Source: Euglena gracilis
Lineage: Eukaryota
Direction of reading: 5' to 3'
Assembly: GCA_039621445.1 (NCBI GenBank)
Contig: CP154954.1
Location: 806,001 to 870,000, forward strand
Length of the DNA stretch: 64,000 nt
This document shows, in pieces, positions 53,505 to 64,000 of the stretch. Positions within the stretch are counted from its first letter, which is position 1. Every line of letters starts with the position of its first letter. The translations under genes were made by a program, and so were the position numbers. The notes beneath the pieces were generated by a model, which worked only from the letters and a program-made list of their open reading frames with translations, was not told the origin of the DNA and ran no database searches.

Positions 53505-54506
53505 ATTTGAATTATTTCGTAGTTTTCTTTTGCAACTCTAATTGTTGTTTTAGTGAGTTTTGTTTTGTAAATAAAACATAAATAACTTTTATTTTGATGA
53601 ATTTTAAGTTTATTTGTTTTATTATTTGTTGAAGTTTGGTTTATGGTTAAAAATTTTAATTTATTTTCATTTCAAAACATGATTTATTTATTCATTTTTT
53701 GTTTAGAAAAAAAGCGATGGGAATAACTATCAAAAAATTTTTATAGTTTTATAGGTATTTTAAATGTTAGTTTTGTATTAATGAAGCATTAGTGTAAAAC
53801 GCTTGTCCAGATTTTTAGAAGGATTCTATAATTTCTATTCAACATTAAAATTATACATTGTTATAAAAATTTTTGATCTAGAACACACCAACGGGGACCT
53901 TTCTTCGTCTTCACCTCTCGTCTCTCACAATTTTTATAAAAATTGATAATTTTACTTGACCTCGCCTTACTCATCCTCTAACAACACTGTACAGCGTTTA
54001 CAAACATACAGCTTCATTAATCCCGGGGGGGGGAAACAAAAAAAAAAAGGAAGAGAAAAGACAGCGGGGGGGGGAAAGGGAGAGAAACAAATGAGTTGCA
54101 AAGACGAGAAGACGAGAGAGGGGAAGTAAATAAGAATGGGGGGGGTGGTTAATACCTATAGACAATTATATCCCTGGTATGGCTAGTATTTCAACATAGA
54201 AGCTTTTTCGTAGTTTTTTTTAATATTATTTTCATTAAGATTTTAGATTTAAAATACCAAAAAACTATAAAAATTTTTGATAGTATTTCCAATCGCTTTT
54301 TAAACAAAAAAATGAATAAAATAAATCTGTTTTGAAATGAAAAATAAATTAAAATTTTTAAACCATAAACCAAATTCAACAAATAATAAAAACAAATAAA
54401 CTTAAAATTCATCAAAAATAAAAAGTTATTTATCTTTTATTTAGAAAAACAAACTCACTAAAACAACAATTAGAGTTGCAAAAGAAAACTACGAAATAAT
54501 TCAAAT

Positions 54507-54848
54507 TCAGACAATAATAGTTATATGACATGTTCGTTTTTTAATAGGAAAACCCCTACCTTGTGCATGTGGACATAAACGTTTCAAGATAGGTCCAGCA
54601 TCTGCTCTAGCTTCGAGAACACGCAAAACATTTGCATCTTCATCGTAATTTTTTATTGAATTAGAAACGGCGCTTTTAAGAAGCTTAAAAATAAGAGTAC
54701 TAGGTTTATAAGGCATAAATTTTAAAATCATTAAAGCCTCTTTTGCAGAACGACCTTTAATTTGATTTAAAATTCTCCTAACTTTAAAAGGAGAAATTCT
54801 AACGTACTTTATTGAAGCTGAAGATTCTAAAGGTTTTTTTTGTTCCAT
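54507..54848 (-). CDS. rpl22: Ribosomal protein L22 (copy D)
   Basis: 113-aa ORF with RISPFKVRR and HITI motifs. Confidence 0.92.
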   Translation of the reverse strand: MEQKKPLESSASIKYVRISPFKVRRILNQIKGRSAKEALMILKFMPYKPSTLIFKLLKSAVSNSIKNYDEDANVLRVLEARADAGPILKRLCPHAQGRGFPIKKRTCHITIIV

Positions 54849-54958
54849 CAGTAAAAAATAACATAAAATTATATAAAAACTGTATAAAAAGTATCCATAC
54901 TAATATTTAAAAAGTTCTTAATACATGCAAAAATTACATAACATATAAAATAATTCTA

Positions 54959-55443
54959 CTATCTCTTAGTCTTAGTTTTTTTATCATGCTTTTTATGACC
55001 ACGATAATTTCTAGTTTGCACAAATTCACCTAATTTTATAAGGTTTAATAAATCCATTTTATTAATAAAAAACCCACAATAATATAAGAAAATAAACTTT
55101 AAATTTTTTATTACAAAAATTATAAAATCAAAAGTGACCTATCATTTGATCGGAAACTAAAACGGGTATATGCTCCTTTCCATTATAAACGCCTATTGTA
55201 TTTCCAATCATAATTGGAATAATAGTACAGGAACGGGACCAAGTTAATATTACAGATTTAAAAAAGATCTAAAGTTTTCATTTAAAAACAAAAAAATAAA
55301 TAAATTAGTATTATATATGATTCTAAAATAAAAATTAATTAAAAACATAAGGTCAAATCTCAAAAACGATTCGAATTCATTTGGTCAACTTTTTTTATTA
55401 ATGAATAAAAAACAAAAGGACCTTTTTTTAAAGAACGAGACAT
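54959..55443 (-). CDS. rps19: Ribosomal protein S19, 3 exons (copy D)
   Basis: Reverse complement of 52569-53053. Confidence 0.92.
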
Positions 55444-55502
55444 AAATAAAAAATAAACAAAATAAAAAATAAACAAAATAATAACAAGGAAAATAGTAGA
55501 TA

Positions 55503-56336
55503 TTAAACCATTTTTCTAGAGCGAATTATATATTTATTACTAAATCGTTTAGGTGATCTTGTCTTTTTACCTAATGCTGGTTTACCCCAAGGCGTAACAG
55601 GCTTTGGTCTACCTATAGGACTTCTGCCTTCGCCTCCTCCATGAGGGTGATCGCAAGGATTCATAGCTACACCACGAACTGTTGGTTTGTTTCCTAACCA
55701 GCGATTTCTTCCAGCTTTTCCTAAAACGACATTAGAATGATCAAGATTTCCAACTTGACCAATAGTAGCCCAACAATAACGTCGTAATAAACGAACTTCT
55801 CCCGAAGGCATTGTTATAGTAACAAATTTTCCTTCATTGGCCAATATTTGTACAAAAGTTCCAGCAGCCCTTGCAATTTGACCACCTTTTCCAGGCTCAA
55901 ACTCTACGTTATGAATAATAGTACCTAATGGTATTTTGCTTATGGGTAAAGAATTTCCTATTTTAATAGGAGAAAAAAAATCAGAAATAATATTATTACC
56001 AACGCACAAATCTTTTGGATGAATAATATAAGACTTATCACCATTTTTATAATAAATTAAAGCAATTCGAGCATTCCTATTAGGATCGTATTCAATAGAA
56101 ATAACTTTTCCTAAAATACCTAGCTTATTACGTTTAAACTCTATTCTGCGATACAAGCGTTTGTGAACACCACCTAAAGTTCGGCAAGTAATCACACCAC
56201 GGGAATTCCGTCCTTTTGACCTATGAACAAAAAATGTTAAATATTTTTCAGGATTAGATTTTGTAATTTCTGAAAAATTACTAACAGAACGTTTACGAGT
56301 CCCTGATGTATATGGTTTGTAATAACGAATAATCAT
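55503..56336 (-). CDS. rpl2: Ribosomal protein L2 (copy D)
   Basis: 277 aa; one residue differs from copy C (GGVH vs GGGH). Confidence 0.97.
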   Translation of the reverse strand: MIIRYYKPYTSGTRKRSVSNFSEITKSNPEKYLTFFVHRSKGRNSRGVITCRTLGGVHKRLYRRIEFKRNKLGILGKVISIEYDPNRNARIALIYYKNGDKSYIIHPKDLCVGNNIISDFFSPIKIGNSLPISKIPLGTIIHNVEFEPGKGGQIARAAGTFVQILANEGKFVTITMPSGEVRLLRRYCWATIGQVGNLDHSNVVLGKAGRNRWLGNKPTVRGVAMNPCDHPHGGGEGRSPIGRPKPVTPWGKPALGKKTRSPKRFSNKYIIRSRKMV

Positions 56337-56490
56337 ATTAAAAAATTAGTAAACTATTAAAGTATATACTAAATACATCGAAAAAATTAGAATTAAAAAA
56401 TTTTAGGTTAAAAATAAAAAACTAAATTATTTTTAAACAAATAAAGTAAAACTCACCTATAAATGCCACTACTAAAACAATAAAAATTAA

Positions 56491-57098
56491 CTAGAGACAA
56501 GAAAAAAAGGAATTGTTTCTAAGTCATTATATAAATTGATTAAAATCCTTAAAAGAAATTAAACAAAAAAGAATTAATTGAAAACAAAAGTTATATTTAT
56601 TTCCCAATATAATATAATAATATAATCTCACTAATTTAATAAACATTCTTTTATAATACTTTTTCATACCCTCAAAATTATTTGAACGATAATATTTACT
56701 AGATTTTACATAGCTATTAACTGAAGTAATTTTAACACTAAAAGCAGTTTCAATAAGATCTTTAAATTGCCTTTTACTTATGAAGTTATAAAATACTAAA
56801 AAAATAAAAGTAATTAATTAAAATTTTTATAATATAAAACTACAAACTAAAAATACAGCTACTATAAACATTCAAAACATTTGTATATCAACATCAAAAG
56901 TATAAACATTATTTTTTAAAAGTTTATTAGTCTTATCGGTCAAAATTTGAGATTTAAAAAAAAATCAAAAGTATTTATAAATATTCAAAAAAAAATTAAC
57001 ATTAAAAAAAAAAATAAATAAATATAAAAAAAAAAAAATATAAGAACACACCCATACTTAAACTGATCATAAAATTTTCTAGAAATAAAATAAAACAT
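56491..57098 (-). CDS. rpl23: Ribosomal protein L23, 4 exons (copy D)
   Basis: Reverse complement of 50915-51521. Confidence 0.85.
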
Positions 57099-57246
57099 AT
57101 AAAGTAAACAAAATACTAACAAAAAAAAAACAAGGAAATAATAACCTTTTTTAAATTATAAAAATTTAGAAAAATTTATTCGATAATATATTAATTACCG
57201 AATAAACTAAAATATATATTAAGAATATAAAAGTATTATAAAAAAC

Positions 57247-57375
57247 TTATAAAGAAGAACCTAAACCCGAATAAGAGCCATAAAAAAAAAGAGCAAGAAG
57301 TGCAATCGCTGCTAAACCGATTATTGTAAGAACTAACCAAAGTGGAATTCTACCTGTATTTTCTGAATTAGACAT
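57247..57375 (-). CDS. psbJ: Photosystem II protein J (copy D)
   Basis: Reverse complement of 50638-50766. Confidence 0.95.
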   Translation of the reverse strand: MSNSENTGRIPLWLVLTIIGLAAIALLALFFYGSYSGLGSSL

Positions 57376-57463
57376 AAATATTTCTCCCAAAATAATAAAA
57401 AAATGTTAAAAAAAAATACTACAAAAATATTTGCTTCAAGAAGCAGACTTTAATTAATAATAA

Positions 57464-57580
57464 CTAATTAAAGATATAACTAGAAAATAGAACAGCCAAA
57501 ACAAAAATTAATAATAGTCCCCAGTATAAACTTGTCCTATTTAATTCGACTGTTTTTTTATTTGAATTTGTTTGTGCCAT
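57464..57580 (-). CDS. psbL: Photosystem II protein L (copy D)
   Basis: Reverse complement of 50433-50549. Confidence 0.95.
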   Translation of the reverse strand: MAQTNSNKKTVELNRTSLYWGLLLIFVLAVLFSSYIFN

Positions 57581-57688
57581 AATAAATAATTTATAATAAA
57601 AAAAATATGTTAAACCTTAGATTAAAAAATATAAAAAAGTATAACTTTAAACAAAACTTTACACTTTATTTTAACAAAATTTTAAAGG

Positions 57689-58857
<1,169 letters not shown>

Positions 58858-58862
58858 AAATT

Positions 58863-59784
58863 TTATTTAGTAAATTGATCCATTTGTTCTAAAGCATTGA
58901 AACGATCAGAAATTAAAGGAGCTTGTTGTCTTGTTTCTGTAAAATATTCGCTTGGACGAGGTGTACCAAAAATGTCATAAACAATTCCCGTGCTTACAAA
59001 AATCCAACCTCCAACAAATAATGACGGTATAGTTACACTATAAAACTAAAAACAATAGAAAAAGTTTTTGTTTAAAAACTGTTGGAATGAACTATACAAA
59101 AACAGCTTATAATAAAATAATCTTCTGTTATCTAAGGAAAACCAAACAAAATAAATAACAGTTTTACAAAATATTAAAATTTAGTAAACAAAATATAAAA
59201 TAAAAAATCCCTAAAATAAACACGTATTATTTAGGTGCAAAAATATAAAAATAAAAAATTTTTTTGTTAAGTAAAATCAAAAATAATCTGCAATTTATTT
59301 CATTCACAAGAAAAACATTTGATTATTAAAATTTTTAAAACATTTAATATTAAGAAAATACACACATGAATTACCCAATAACGAATACTAGTAATATGAA
59401 ATTAAACTTCCAAAGCTCATACCAAAACCGTACAAACAAATACACTTGAGCTGTATACGGATTGAAAATTTAAAATAAAATTAAAAAATATAAAACAAAT
59501 TTTATTTTACTTATATAAAAAAATAAACAATGTTGAGATTTACTTTTAAAAAACTAAAAAATAGTAATAATTATTGTTAAACTTTCAAGGAAATACTTAA
59601 AAAATTATTTCAAAAATTATATAAACTAAATAATAAGATAATAAAAAAAGATCAAAAAAGAATTTTACTTATTAAACTTACACGTTTATCTCAAAGGATA
59701 TTAATAAAATATTTGATAATAAAAAATGTATATTCCAACGCGCACAATATCAGAAAAAGGACGTTCTCCTGTTGAGCCTGCCAT
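58863..59784 (-). CDS. psbE: Cytochrome b559 alpha, 3 exons (copy D)
   Basis: Reverse complement of 48233-49154, same 922-nt span. Confidence 0.94.
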
Positions 59785-59868
59785 ATTAAATTTCCCTTTA
59801 AAAATAAAACATAACAATTACTATATTCTAAAATCATTAATTAACAAATAATAAGTAAAAAATTTTTA

Positions 59869-64000
<4,132 letters not shown>

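Overview
This window is very AT-rich euglenoid chloroplast DNA. Gene order, intron positions and protein sequences match what I know of the Euglena gracilis plastome; this is recognition, not a database search. Only about 20 kb is unique: tufA-rps7-rps12-rpl20 on one strand and, divergently, psbI-trnD-petG-trnK-psaA-psaB-psbE-psbF-psbL-psbJ-rpl23-rpl2-rps19-rpl22. That unit occurs four times in alternating orientation (A 1-~15040 fwd, B ~15040-~33800 rev, C ~33800-~54000 fwd, D ~54000-64000 rev), joined by three fold-back apices where the sequence degrades. The most likely cause is an artefact such as amplification inversion chimeras, fold-back long reads or mis-assembly; a genuine palindromic or hairpin plastid molecule cannot be excluded from sequence alone. 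The unit is dense with ORF-less group II introns and ~100-nt group III introns. It also carries the psbF group II twintron and a probable intercistronic group III intron. Copy C is the best reference copy. I found no convincing undescribed gene system; the remaining findings are structural oddities and lower-confidence leads.
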